Below are positions 1 through 12,830 of a DNA stretch of 64,000 bases, one piece after another. Source of the stretch: Octopus vulgaris. Lineage: Eukaryota. The notes below the pieces were generated by a model. It was not told the origin of the DNA and ran no database searches. It saw only the letters and a program-made list of their open reading frames with translations. Location: NCBI GenBank assembly GCA_951406725.2, contig OX597822.1, positions 54,188,001-54,252,000 of the forward strand, in the 5' to 3' direction. A program made the position numbers and the translations under genes. Within the stretch, counting starts at the first letter, position 1; the number at the start of each line of letters is the position of its first letter.

Positions 1-215
1 TTTTAAGTCTTAAAATGAAGCCTGAGTTGATCTGTAAGTACAAGTGTGTGTGTGTGCGCGCACATACACACACAATGCACTAACCAACACATACATGCAA
101 GAGCCTATATACACACAAATGCACCAACCTCCACACCATTGCACACACACATACAATGTAAGAATCAACAAACACAAATGCATCATCCCACTCACATACA
201 CACACACACACACAT

Positions 216-517
216 GGAGGCACATGGCCTAGTGGTTAGAGCAGTGGACTTGCGGTCGAGGGATCGTGGGTTCGAATCTTAGACCAGGCGATGTGTGTGT
301 TTATGAGCAAAAACACCTAAGCTTCACACGGCTCCGACAGAAGGTAATGGCAAACTTCTGCTGACTCTTTCGCCACAACTTTCTCTCACTCTTTCCTCCT
401 GCATCTTGCAGCTCACCTGCGACGGACTGGCGTCCTGTCCAGGTAGGGAACCTATACGCCAAGAAACCGGGAAACCAGCCCTTATGAGCCAGGCACGGCT
501 CGAGAAGGAACAAACAA
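216..517 (+). mobile_element. tRNA(Arg)-derived SINE, octopus OR1-like, with V-domain-like central segment
   Basis: A-box TGGCCTAGTGG and B-box GGTTCGAATC in a tRNA-like head; internal CCTGCGACGGACTGGCGTCCTGTCCAGG resembles the V-SINE core; ends in a CAAA-type tail. Confidence 0.7.
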
Positions 518-599
518 TACACACTCATATACACAATGTACAAACCAACACATATGCACAAACCTACATACACACAAATACACCAACCCACCTACATAT

Positions 600-638
<39 letters not shown>

Positions 639-1157
639 CACACACACAGAAATGCATAGATATATACTCACAGACCCATAAACATATGAATGCCCGCCCC
701 ACTCATGCACTCCCCCCTCCTACATATTCAATTCGAAGTTGATGATTCACTCTCTCACTAGTCAGAGTTATTTTTTTTCAAAGGTAAAAATCTTACAGGT
801 AACTGAAGAATAATCAGTGGAAAGGTTGCTGGCCAGATGTAGCAAACTCTGGCTAGTTCTACTTATGAGAACCCTAAATCTCAACAGTAACCAATCAAAC
901 ATTTTGTTACTTGATTGATCATTCATCTGGTAAGAAACTCCAAAAACCAATACTTTTACTTATGTTTATTAATTGAACATTCGTGTGTGTGTGTGTGTGT
1001 GTGTGATACACACATACACATGCATGGCTGTATGTTAAAAAAGTTTGCTTCCCAATCACATGGTTCTGGGTTCAGTCCTACTTCATGTTACCTTGGGCAA
1101 ATGTCTTTTACTATGTCCCTGGGCTGACCAAAGCCTTGTGAGTGAATTTGGTTGAGT

Positions 1158-1392
1158 GAAGGCGGCGAGCTGGTAGAAATGTTAGCACCCCGGGCGAAAT
1201 GCTTAGTGATAATTTGTGTGTTGCTACATTCTTAGTTCAAATTCTGCCGAGGTCGACTTTGCTTTTCATCCTTTCAGGGTCAATTAAATAAGTACCAGTT
1301 ACACACTGGGGTCGATATGATCGACTTAATCAGTTTGTCTGTCCTTGTTTGTCCCCTCAGTGTGTAGCCCCTTGTGGGCAGTAAAGAAATAG
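1158..1392 (+). mobile_element. SINE family B (Meta-domain-like core), nested in a decayed family A SINE
   Basis: Core CTTTTCATCCTTTCAGGGTCAATTAAATAAGTACCAG; near-identical copies at 2300-2718, 27857-28030 and 60308-60541; host SINE resumes at GAAACTGA after 1392. Confidence 0.75.
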
Positions 1393-2299
1393 GAAACTGA
1401 GAAAAAGAGAAAGACCTGTTGTATAGATAGACAGACAGACAGATAGATAGCTAGCTAGATAGATAGATACATACATACATACATGTACTATATACACACA
1501 CATGTATGTATGTGTGTTTGTATCCTTGTCTTTATATCATGTGGTATTTGCATATGAGTGTCATTGTCATACAAGCCGTGTCATTCATTTCCAATATTCT
1601 GCAGAAGCATGCCAAGCCATGGGGTAATTTTACCTTGCTTGGAAATAAGTGAGGTTTGGTGGCAGAAGGAGTGTCTAGCTGTGAAAAATCTAACTCTGTA
1701 CCTTCTGTCTGACTCCTGCAAACATAGAAAAGCAGACATCAAAATGATGTTGATATAAATGTGTGTGTGTTTGTGCATGCACTTGTCTCTCTCTCTTGAC
1801 ACCACAGGAGAGTTATAAATGAATATCACTTTGCCTCTGGCCTTCCATGAGAATGGGTCTGGCTACTGGGAAATAGCACCTTGCTTTGAGGTAGGTGAGG
1901 CCTGGGGACCGGTAAAAAATTGGGCGATGAAAAGATGGATGATATGTTACATAATTCCTCGGTTTGTTTAATGCCCATTTTCCATGCTAGAATTAGTTGG
2001 ATGAGGAGTTGTTTGAGGCAGTATTTAATAGCTGGATGCCTTTCCTGTTGCATACCCCCATCTGTTTTTTAGATAAGAGATATTTTTTTTATTTCACTGG
2101 TCTTTGATAGTGCCCAGTGACTGGTGGTTATGTTGGCAAGGGGTGTAAAGCATTGTATCAGTTCATTCTGAAGGTGAAACTGTAGTATGCCAACATTTGC
2201 GTGCGCGCACACACACACAGAGTTATGTCTGTCTATTGGTTTATCTATCTATCTATCTATCTATCTGCTGACATAATGATGGGCTTTTCTACAGCTTCT

Positions 2300-2718
2300 T
2301 ATTTCTTTACTGCTCACAAGGGGCTTAACATAGAGGGGACAAACAAGGACATACAAAGGAATTAAGTCGATTACATCGACCCCAGTGTGTAACTGGTACT
2401 TAATTTATAGACCCTGAAAGGATGAAAGGAAAAGTCGATTCGGCGGAATTTGAACTTAGAACATAGCGGCAGACGACATACCTATTTCTTTACTACCCAC
2501 AAGGGGCTAAACACAGAGAGGACAAATTAGGACAGACAAATGGATTAAGTCGATTATATTGACCCCAGTGCGTAACTGGTACTTATTTAATCAACCCCGA
2601 AAGGATGAAAGGCAAAGTCGACCTTGGTGGAATTTGAACTCAGAGCGTAGCGGCAGACGAAATATCGCTTAGCATTTTGCCCTGTGTGCTAACGCTTCTG
2701 CCAGCTCACCGCCTTTTG
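2300..2718 (-). mobile_element. Dimer of SINE family B with 10-bp TSD
   Basis: Two head-to-tail copies flanked by TACAGCTTCT at 2290-2299 and 2719-2728. Confidence 0.75.
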
Positions 2719-3084
2719 TACAGCTTCTGTCTACCAATTCCATTCACAAAGCATTGGTTTGCCTGAGGTGATGGTAGAAGACATTTGCCCAATGTGCCAT
2801 TCCATGGGACTGAAGCCGAAACTACATGGTTGCAAAGTAGACTTCTTAAACACACAACCATACCCATAAATTATCCAAACACTCAGAGGCACACACATAA
2901 CCACACACCAACATACTTTATTACTGCACTTATTTATTTAATGCAGACAGTGTACAGATAGATCTCTAGCAATTTCTATGTTCTGTGCATGTGTGTGTGT
3001 GTGAGCGAATGGATGTATATGTCTGTGTCATCATCATCATCATCATCATCATTTAATGTCTGCCTCCCATGCTAGCATGAGTGG

Positions 3085-3151
3085 GATTGTGTATGTGTAT
3101 GTGTATTTGTATATGTACATATGTGTATCTGTATGTGTATATATATATGTA

Positions 3152-3211
<60 letters not shown>

Positions 3212-3222
3212 ATATATATCTA

Positions 3223-3253
<31 letters not shown>

Positions 3254-3427
3254 GTTATATGAATGTATGTATATATATATATATATGTATTTATATGAAT
3301 GTATGTATATATATGTATGAATGTATGTATATATATGTATGAATGTATGTATATATATGTATGAATGTATGTATATATATGTATATATATATATGTATGA
3401 ATGTATGTATATATATATGTATGAATG

Positions 3428-3470
<43 letters not shown>

Positions 3471-3920
3471 TTATATGAATGTATGTATATGTATTTATAT
3501 GAATGTATGTATATGTATTTATATGAATGTATGTATATGTATTTATATGAATGTATGTATATATATATGTATGAATGTATGTATATATATATATATGTAT
3601 GTATATATATATATATATATATGTATTTATATGAATGTATGTATATATATATGTATGAATGTATGTATATATATATATATGTATGCATGTATGTATGTGT
3701 ATATATATATATATATGTATCTATACGCATATGTGTATGTATATATATGTATCTGTGTGTTTGTGTGCATATATATATGTATCTATGTGTGTGTGTGTGT
3801 ATGTATATATGTATCTATATTTGTGTGTATGCATATTTGTGTATATGTGTGTGTGTGTATATGTATCTGTGTGTGTGTATATCAATATATATATATGTGT
3901 GTGTGTGTGTGTATATGTAT
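3085..3920. repeat. Compound (TA)n/(TG)n/(TATGAATG) microsatellite
   Basis: Directly visible low-complexity tandem repeats. Confidence 0.95.
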
Positions 3921-4482
3921 TTTGAATAACCTTTATCAAGAGTAAATTATTTTATCCCTCATAGCGTCTAACATTCTTTAACCTCAATACACCTCTTCCA
4001 ATTTCACTTCAGGCATTCCACTACACTTGTTCTAAGCTTCTTTCTCATAAATAGATATAAAGTTGTTAAATGTTTTGTTTATTACCATATGGTCAGCTTC
4101 AAATCTCTGTACTTTTTCTATCTCATTCTATTACACTATCTAGCATTGTTATCTTTGGATTAAGATGATATTTTTCTTAGACTTCTCTTTCTTAATACAC
4201 TCCTCTTCAATATCATGATAACTACCTTCTTTTGGTTAGGTGTGTGAAAATATTTCATGTTGTTGAAATTGGGTGTTGAAAGATGACCTAAGGGATGCAG
4301 GGGAGCTCTGGTTTCATTGTTTTTAAGGATACAGGAATAGCTGTGTTGTTAAGAATTTTACTTTGCAACCATGTGGCTTTGAGGTTGATCTCATTGCTTG
4401 TTTGGCCCCTTCAGCAAATATCTTCTGCTATAGCCTTGTGAATGGGATTTGGAAGAATGGAAATACTGCAGAGGTATTGTGT

Positions 4483-4524
<42 letters not shown>

Positions 4525-4569
4525 TTATGTTTATTATGTATGTGTGTGTGTATATATATATATAGATAT

Positions 4570-4886
4570 CTGTGCTGGTGGAATGTAAAAAGCACCATCT
4601 GAAAGTGGCCGATGCCAGCGCCACCTTGATTGGCTTCCATGCCGGTGGCACGTAAAAAGCACAAACCAATCATGGCCATTGCCAGCCTCTTCTGGCCCCT
4701 GTGCCAGTGGCATGTAAAAAGCACCCAATACACTCACGGAGTGGTTGGTGTTAGGAAGGGCATCCAACTGTAGAAACACTGCCAGATCAGACTGGAGCCC
4801 GGTGCAACCTCCTGGCTTCCCAGACCCCAGTCGAACCGTCCAACCCATGCTAGCATGGAAAAAGGACGTTAAATGATGATGATGAT
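4570..4886 (+). mobile_element. RTE-type LINE 3' end or derived non-autonomous element with (GAT)n tail
   Basis: GGTGTTAGGAAGGGCATCCA...CCAACCCATGCTAGCATGGAAA...GGACGTTAAATGATGATGAT; the same module follows the RTE ORF at 31140-31640 and recurs at about 14557, 21330, 22680, 29765, 46320 and 51408. Confidence 0.75.
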
Positions 4887-7406
4887 ACACACACACACAC
4901 GCACGTATGTGTAAGTGTGTAATATATATTACTAAATGATGTAAAAATTGTTGGAAATATTGAAAAGCCAGTGCTATTTAAATAGAGTCTCTTGTGATAT
5001 TTGTTTTGGATGGAGTTATGCAGATGCTTCTTTTAACTGTTGCTGTTAGAAGTACTGCGAATGGAATGCTCTTGGACACAAATTATGAGTGGATGAGAGA
5101 CTGAGGTGTACTTTTGATGGAATGACAGACTGATTTTAGTAACATTCCTTGAAGATTTGCTGAACTGCTAAGTTATGGAGATGTAAACGTGCCAACATTG
5201 GTAGTCAAGTGATAGTAGGGGGAACAAACACAAACATGTACATATATATGTATGACGGCCATCTTTCAGTTTCCGTCTACCAAATCCACTCACAAGGCTT
5301 TGGTTGGCCTAAGGCTATAGTGGAAGACACTTGCCCAAGGTGTCACTCAGTAGGACTGAGCCTGGAACCATGTGGTTGGTAAGTAAGCCTCTTACTGCTT
5401 ATGTTTGGTTATGAGGACTAGTATGTCCTTTTCTTTGCAGACACTCCAAAACAAGTGAGTCTAATGTGGTTAATGTTTGCTGTGAACAACTACAAATCAA
5501 AGAAAAAACATGGGCAGGGAGAAAATGTCAAGGGACGATGATGTTCTGCGAAGGAAAAACCGGGAAAAGGATTTTTCTATATGGGGCTTAGAGTAGTGGA
5601 CACTGGATGATAAGGAGAGATATGAGTGAGTCTATTGAGTCTGAGTTTAGGTTGTTTGAGTGTAAAACCAGACAGCTCTGAAGAGCAGAGGCTGCTATAG
5701 TAGTAATAGAAGCTGAATGAGGACACAGCATATCTATGAACCAGAGGTTTGCGTATGTCGGTGAGTGACTTCAGTGAAATCAGTTGAATGTGGCTTGGTT
5801 TTATATGTTTGCTGTGGATTTGAACATAAACCTTTTAATAATCTAGTAACTCCTCTATTTTAACTCACTGTTGATCGCATTTGCTTAAAACTAAACTCAT
5901 ATACAAGTTAACAATTAGACTTCTTTTTTTTCAAAGATTCTTTCTCAATCAAGGTCTATTATTAATCCTCATACACATTTTATGAGTCTATATCTTCTTG
6001 GTACAATAGTCAAAGCTGCAGGGTGAAGCTGTTTTTACATTCCATGACAACTGCAAGCTCTTTGATTTACTTTTGAAGTCTCATGATGAAAAGCTGGAAG
6101 CCTCAATGCTTGTTGTGCAAAATCTTTTATGATTCATCATCATCGCCATCATCATTGTCATCATCATCATCGTCATCATCATCTTTGATGTTATATTTTG
6201 TTATATGTTTGAATGTGTATATTTTCTTCATTGTGTCTCTGAACAAAGAGTAGATATCTCCCGCCACCTTTATTAAAGTACGATTACACACGGTTGCAGG
6301 GAAGAAATTATATTTAACACGGCTCTTATGATATAAAAATATAGACTAAAAAAGGTAATATAGACTTGTCACATTGGCATTGAGCAACACATTTTTGAAG
6401 ACGTGGTGCAGGCATGGCTGTGTGGTTAAGGAGTTTGTGTGTGTGTGTTTGCGTTTCTTGTCTTGATAATGTATGACTGTCAAAAGTGAGCATCACTCTC
6501 ATACAAGCAGTGTCAGTAATTTCCATTCTACCTTTTGGCAAAGGGAAATGTTGAATATCTTACTTGGAAATAGGTGAAGGCTGGTGACACAATGGGCTTC
6601 TGCTTGTAGAGAATCTGCCTCAACAAATTTTGCCTGATCTATGCAAACCTGAAAAGTGGATGTTAAAATTCTGCTACTGCTGGTGATTATCAGTTACATG
6701 GTTAAGTAACTCAAACCCTATTCATTTCTGTTACTAATTTATCCGTGAACTGATAAAAAGTATAATAAACTTTGGTGGGATTTGAACATAAAATGTAAAT
6801 GGATATAGCTAATTATTCAAATCATGCAGTTAATAATATTTTGAATATAGAGGCACTAGACTATGAATTTAGGGAAGGGTTTAGTGACTTTAACTAACCC
6901 AGTATATTTGAGATAAATTTGAACTCAAAATGTAGAGAGATGTGAAGAAATATAGAGAGGTGTTTATTTTTCTGCTAATTTACCATTTCTGCCAACTTAC
7001 CTTTTAGAATCTCTCTTTCTGTATATGTGTGTGTGTGTTCACATGTGCATGCACTCAGGCGCATACATGCTTGTCAGTATGGAAAATGGGCATAAAGGGA
7101 TGATACTACAGATACATATGCATACAGGTACAAATAAATATATATTTATATATACCATTATATACGTTTTTATTATTTTTTTTGCAATTTACTTAATCAT
7201 TGATATTTTATTGTTATTTTAATTTTAGTATTTCTATTGTATGTAATTTTCTAGATGGTGTAATTTAATTGTTCATTTTGAATTGATAAAAGGTGTTTTT
7301 TTCCTAATTTTTTTTATATATATACATTACATTGTGTGAAATTTGATTTAGTATTTCTAAATTGAATTTTTTTCCTGAAAGTTTGGATTTATATTCCCTC
7401 AAATAA

Positions 7407-7456
<50 letters not shown>

Positions 7457-7469
7457 TGCTAGAATAAGA

Positions 7470-8195
7470 ATAGGATAGAGAAAATTCAGAGACCTTTTAC
7501 TTCCATTAATAACCAAAGGTCTCCCTCTGAGTGAAAAGAAAATTGTGATGAATATATCCAAACAGAATTCTACATAGTAGTGAGACATGGGCCATGAATG
7601 CTGAAGAGAAGCAAAAGCTAGGGAAGAGTGAAGCTAGTATGCTCCACTGGATATGCAATGTCAATGTACATGTGCTACAGTGTGTTAGTGTATTGAGAGA
7701 GAAGTTGAGAGGTTAGGCATAAGAGAAATAGTGTGCAAGAGGGAAGGTTGTGCTAGTTTCCTAATGTGATGTGTATGGATGTGGACAATTGTATACAGAA
7801 GTAACAATCACTTAAAGTGATTGGAATTTTTGGAAAAGGGAAACCCAGGAAGACATGGGGCAAAGTACCAAAAACAGGCCCCAAGACATTGAGCCTTATA
7901 AAAAAGATGATAAAGGACCGAGACATCTAGTGCCTTGCTGTATTCAAGAAGATCCATCCACCACACTATAATTGATACCAGTGCTGGTATCATGTAAAAA
8001 GCACTGGTGCTGGCATCATGCAAGAAGCCCTAGTGCTAGTACCATGTAAAAAGCTGTTAGTATACCCTGTAAAGTGATTGGCGTTAGGGATGGCATCCAG
8101 CAGTAGAAATCAGGCCAGAACAGCCTTGCCAGCTCTTGCCAATCGATCCAGCCCATGCCAACATGGAAACAGATATTAAATGATGATGTTGATGA
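7470..8195 (+). mobile_element. Degenerate RTE LINE 3' fragment
   Basis: Decayed WRKFRDLL.PL / SETWA.. / GRPRKTW motifs matching the 30424-31135 copy, followed by the (GAT)n tail module. Confidence 0.65.
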
Positions 8196-10249
8196 TATAT
8201 ATGAAAATGTAAATGCTTGCAACAATAGGTATATGCTTCAAGTCTTATGGGAGGACTGGTTGTCTTCTTTTTTTTTCCCTTCTGTCTTAGGTTTGTGCTT
8301 GTAAAGCTGTATCAACTAAAACAATACTGTGCATTTGTGTTTTTGTTTTAACCATTAATACACTGTTAACTGTTATAATTAGCCATCATTATATTACTAC
8401 CTGCTTTACTGCCTATGCAAACAACCTTTGTTTTTGTATATTCATTGTAGATAATGAAATTGCATTCAAAAGAAAAGGGGTAGCAAAGAAAGGGACAGAC
8501 AAAGGTACTACCGGCAAAATAAATAAATATAGAGGGTGGGGGTGGGGGAGAAAGTAAAAATGAAATTGGTGGTATGTTGTGTTCAGTGAATATTATTTAC
8601 GTACCTGTTGTGTCAACAAAAGCATTATTAAGTAGCAAGATCTGTGTGTCTTGGGTGGTTTAAACTTCCATCTTATTTCAGTTCAGACAGCACTATTAAA
8701 CTGGATTAAGGCAATTTTCACTAACAATTAGTCCAGTCACTTGTATTTTACCATCATCATCATCATCGTCTTTGTCATTGTAGTTGTCGTCATCATTATC
8801 ATTGTTTTAAGATTCATTTAACCATACTTGCATTGGCCAGATTGAATGTGCTGAGACAAATTTTCTATGACTGGGTGGGTGCCCTTCCTGTTGCAAACCC
8901 TCACCTGTTTTCCAAGCCGGGTAATATTTCTCCATGATCGAACATGTCTGTATGGAAGATTGGAAACAAAGGATGCTTGTGTAATAGTGATGCTTGTTTT
9001 GCAACTACCAAATGATGTCAAGATTAGAGACGCAAATCTCCACACATTTGCGTATGCACACTCATGTACATAATGCATTGATGTATTTTCAATGGGCTTC
9101 TTACAGTTTACATTTATGAAATCTACTCACAAGACTTTGATCAGTCTGTAGATGTAGTCAAAAACACTTGCCCATGGAACTGCATAGTGGTATTGAACCT
9201 GAAACTATGTGGTTAGGGAGTGAACTTCTTAACTACACAATCATGCCTGCACTTTTATGGGGTGGGGTGGGGGGGAATTTGAGCTCTGGACGCATGGGAA
9301 GTGATACAAAAATAAGATGTTGCAGTTTCAGATGGTGGTTGGTGGAGCAATAAACACAAAATTGATTTTGGGAAAGAAATATTTTTCTCAATACCCAATA
9401 GAAGAAAGAATAAAAAAAAAAAAACAGCAGAAGAATTCAAAAATTATCAAATAAATAATATTGTTAGTATTTGTTCTCTATATTATCAGTCAGCTTGTGT
9501 TGATTCCTAATAGAGTACTTAACCAAAAACCTAATCCTGATCTACAAAATATTACCATTTTCATTTGTAAATGCTTGATTGACCTCTTGCAACCATTTTC
9601 AAAAAAAAAAAAAAAAAAATCTATCAGTTGTTTTTAGTTTTTTTTTCCACGTTTATTTTCATCTGAAAATCAACAACATCTGTGAGAGAAAATATATGAC
9701 AAATTACAGCTTCAAATTATGGAAATGTGTTGCCAATAGCTGTTTAGGAAGTGTCAGACTAATTCCATCTTCAAAAAGATGTTGCAAATCTTTCTGTTCA
9801 TGGCGAAGAATATTATTATGTTCTAAACCTGAGATAATTTGGTTTTACTACCTTCTGAAACACAAATGTTACTCTGACACCAATCTCATATTGGCAAACG
9901 AAGAACAAAGCAGAAGCTCTCTGCTACATTGCTGATGTTTTCTTCTTCTTCTTCTTCTTCTTCTTCTTCTCCCTCCTCCTCCTCCTCCCCGATCATCATT
10001 ATTTTTATCCTTGTCGTCATCATCATGTTATGCCTAAAATACACACAATAATTGCAAATATGAAAAAGGAAAATATGTATTTATGTCACTCTTCAGAACT
10101 TACAAATTACGCTGTATTGTTGCTTATAGATATGGTTTCAGGTATGGTTATAGATGCAAGTGTGGCTGTGTGGTTAAGAAACTTGCTTCCCATCCATATG
10201 GTTTTGGGTTCAGTCCCACTGCTAAGCATCTTAAGCAAGTGTCTTCTTC

Positions 10250-10285
<36 letters not shown>

Positions 10286-11234
10286 TAATAGGTATAAATA
10301 TACCATAAACAACTATAGAGAAATGGAGGAGAAACAGATGTTGAATCAAAATTAGATTTGATACAAAATATGATTCAATACATATGCATGTTTCAAAGGA
10401 CAATACAAATATGTAAGAAAAAAATTATGACCATAGTAATTATAATAAAATTTATGCATTGTCACAAACCCCTTATTAGTTCCTTTCATTATTCTGTCTA
10501 TTTCATTACTATGTAAACATGTAAATATAGTTTCAATAGTTTCGTCTTCCTCGTTGCTGCCTTAAGATAACCTCAGTTCACGCGTATCCTTAACCACCAC
10601 ATATTCAGTTATTCAAGTTTATCACACAGTCACTTATTTCTCAAATTTTGTCATAGATTGGCTGACTGAAAACTCTAAGATTTTTCAATTCTATTTTACT
10701 ATTATCGATATTTGCTGTTTCATTAAATTATGCTACCCAAATCCCAAAAGAATATTTTTCTCCCTCATGTTCTGACCACCCTAACTCTGGCATCCCCTCT
10801 CTCTCTCTCAGCCTCACTGTCTGTCTGCCTGCCTCTTTCTTTCAATTACCACTTGCTTTGCCAAGACTTCCTCCACACCACCCGCACCCTATATAAACAA
10901 GCGCACCCACTCAGATTCCCCTACTGGATTTTTAATACCTCCGCCAAAAGAATATGTATCCAGAAGATGCTCTCGTCTAAATTTGCTAGTTCGCAGTACG
11001 CCTGCCTTCCCACCCCCTCCAGCTGTATCGGATGTTCATGTCATCTGTCATCCTTTGGTTGTCTCCTATAAACACTTCTAAAGGCTTTATGCCATCCCCA
11101 CCCCTACTTAGGGTTTATCTCTTATGTAAGGTAGTGATCATATAGTGCATAAATATGATGGTGTAGTGTATGCAGGTTGAATTGAAGGCTATTGTTTGTT
11201 TATGAATTCTGCCAAATGTGAGCTTTCTTTTCAG

Positions 11235-11612
11235 ATACACGATGCTGCTGTCCCCCATCCCAGGGTCTTATGGGCCCACACCTCCCACACCCTTAGGGTT
11301 GGCACTCTCAACGTCGGCACATTGAAAGGTAGGTCTGGTGAGATTGTTGAGATGCTTGAACGGAGATGTGACGATTTGTGCTGCCTCCAAGAAGTAAGGT
11401 GGAGAGGAGGTTCCACTAGGTTCCTCACAGGCAAAGAACATGTGTACAAGATTTTCTGGGCAGGGAACACTGACGAGGTCGTGGGCATGGGTATACTTCT
11501 TGCGGAGAAATGGGTTGATAAGGTAATTGAGGTAGTCTGAGTATGCGACAGAATACTTAAGATTAGATTAGTGCATCATCATAGGTTAGCAAGCATTATC
11601 CTGGCCTATGCC
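11235..11612 (+). mobile_element. RTE LINE APE endonuclease N-terminal fragment
   Basis: LRVGTLNVGTLKGRSGEIVEMLERR..DLCCLQEVRWRG...KIFWAG...GILL motif of non-LTR APE domains; one in-frame stop at 11538-11540, then truncated. Confidence 0.85.
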
Positions 11613-11663
11613 ACTATGGGAATGTGTGTGCTTTTGCCTTAAGAAACAGTGACGAGTGAAAAT

Positions 11664-11938
11664 TATTATATATAATATATAATTATTAGCTTAAGTTTAT
11701 AAGTGTATGCTGTATATTGGCTTTAGAAAATAGTTTATTATTGGAGCATATAAGCCCTTGATGGAAAAAAAATAGTTATTAGTATGCATGGGAATTGAAC
11801 CCACACTTCTTATCCCACATGTACTAATACCCATTTTTTTCTGTCAAGGTCTTATATGCTACAATATTAGACTATTTTCTAAAGTCAATATACAGTGAAT
11901 GCTTATAAGCTTAAGCTTATAGTTATATTTATGTAATG
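11664..11938. repeat. Foldback/MITE-like long imperfect inverted repeat
   Basis: About 105-130 bp arms: AGCTTAAG...GCATGGGA pairs with TCCCACATG...CTTAAGCT; short loop. Confidence 0.85.
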
Positions 11939-11950
11939 TGTGTTTGTATG

Positions 11951-12001
<51 letters not shown>

Positions 12002-12047
12002 TACAAAATTAGAGAATGGAGAAACATACTTAAATCAATAAAACATC

Positions 12048-12080
<33 letters not shown>

Positions 12081-12234
12081 ATGTGTGTGTGTGTGTGTGT
12101 AATTTTTTTGACTAATGAGTTTATTAGTTTGTTGAGTAAAGCATGTTAACGGTTTGGGCTACCTGGTATCATCCATGGTTGGGGTATATTTCCTCTGGAT
12201 CTACATCAGGAATTCCGCAGTGTCAGTTGAGATA

Positions 12235-12618
12235 ATAATAATTGATGAAGGAAATGGAAGATAGATTTGGCACCAGTCTTTAATCAGTACGACGATCGTT
12301 TTGACCCATCCTGTAACTGTCTGTTATGGGTACGAATTTGTGTATCTAATTATGTTGCATCAAACTGTGTAGTTTGTGTCACAACAGGTACATACATAAA
12401 GAAGGAGATGCCTCACTAGATATACTGAGATGTCCTAGGCATGTTCTACCCCTTTATGCATGTACCTGATGTGTTGGAAACTGCACAGACTGATGCAACA
12501 CAATTAGATGCACAATATCCTATCCATAACAAACAGTTGAAGGATTGGTGAAAATGACTGTTGTAATGAATAAAGACTAGTGCTAAATCTATTTTCCAGT
12601 TCCTTCATTAGTCATTAT
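12235..12618. repeat. Foldback/MITE-like long imperfect inverted repeat
   Basis: About 175 bp arms: GATGAAGGAAATGGAAGATAGATTTGGCAC... pairs with ...GTGCTAAATCTATTTTCCAGTTCCTTCAT. Confidence 0.85.
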
Positions 12619-12661
12619 ATATATATATATATCATTCTCTCTCCATTTTCTTCCTGTCAAC

Positions 12662-12699
12662 CCTTTCTGTCGAAGAGTGTAGGCTTGAAACTTCAAAGG
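12662..12699 (+). ncRNA. Minimal hammerhead-like motif (U6 variant), decayed copy
   Basis: CCTTT-CTGTCGA-A-GAGT-GTAG-GCTT-GAAA-CTTC-AAAGG; homologous to 14380-14415. Confidence 0.4.
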
Positions 12700-12787
12700 C
12701 TTTTCCATTCTTGCTGAGTGTCAAACTAATACATCTGCTTGTTGTTCTCTCTCCTCTCTTCATCTTTTGTTGTTTTGCAAATTTGAG

Positions 12788-12827
<40 letters not shown>

Positions 12828-12830
<3 letters not shown>

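Noticed and set aside
216-290. tRNA-Arg-like sequence
   Set aside because: It is the head of a SINE; the acceptor stem is not intact and it continues into the SINE body
784-929. Possible + strand exon (TTTTCAAAG acceptor, CTG|GTAAGA donor)
   Set aside because: Stops in all three frames; could only be UTR and cannot be supported without transcripts
3053-3945. Long ORFs of up to 225 aa (Y/I/C/V/H/T-rich), likewise at 23592-24508 and 40949-41249
   Set aside because: Translations of stop-free microsatellites, not genes
6022-6132. Peptide LFDLLLKSHDEKLEAS loosely like the KIAA0825 N-terminus
   Set aside because: No credible acceptor, start codon or donor
9705-9855. Possible minus-strand exon (TGTTTCAG acceptor, GTAATT donor)
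   Set aside because: Closed in all three frames and no partner coding exons found
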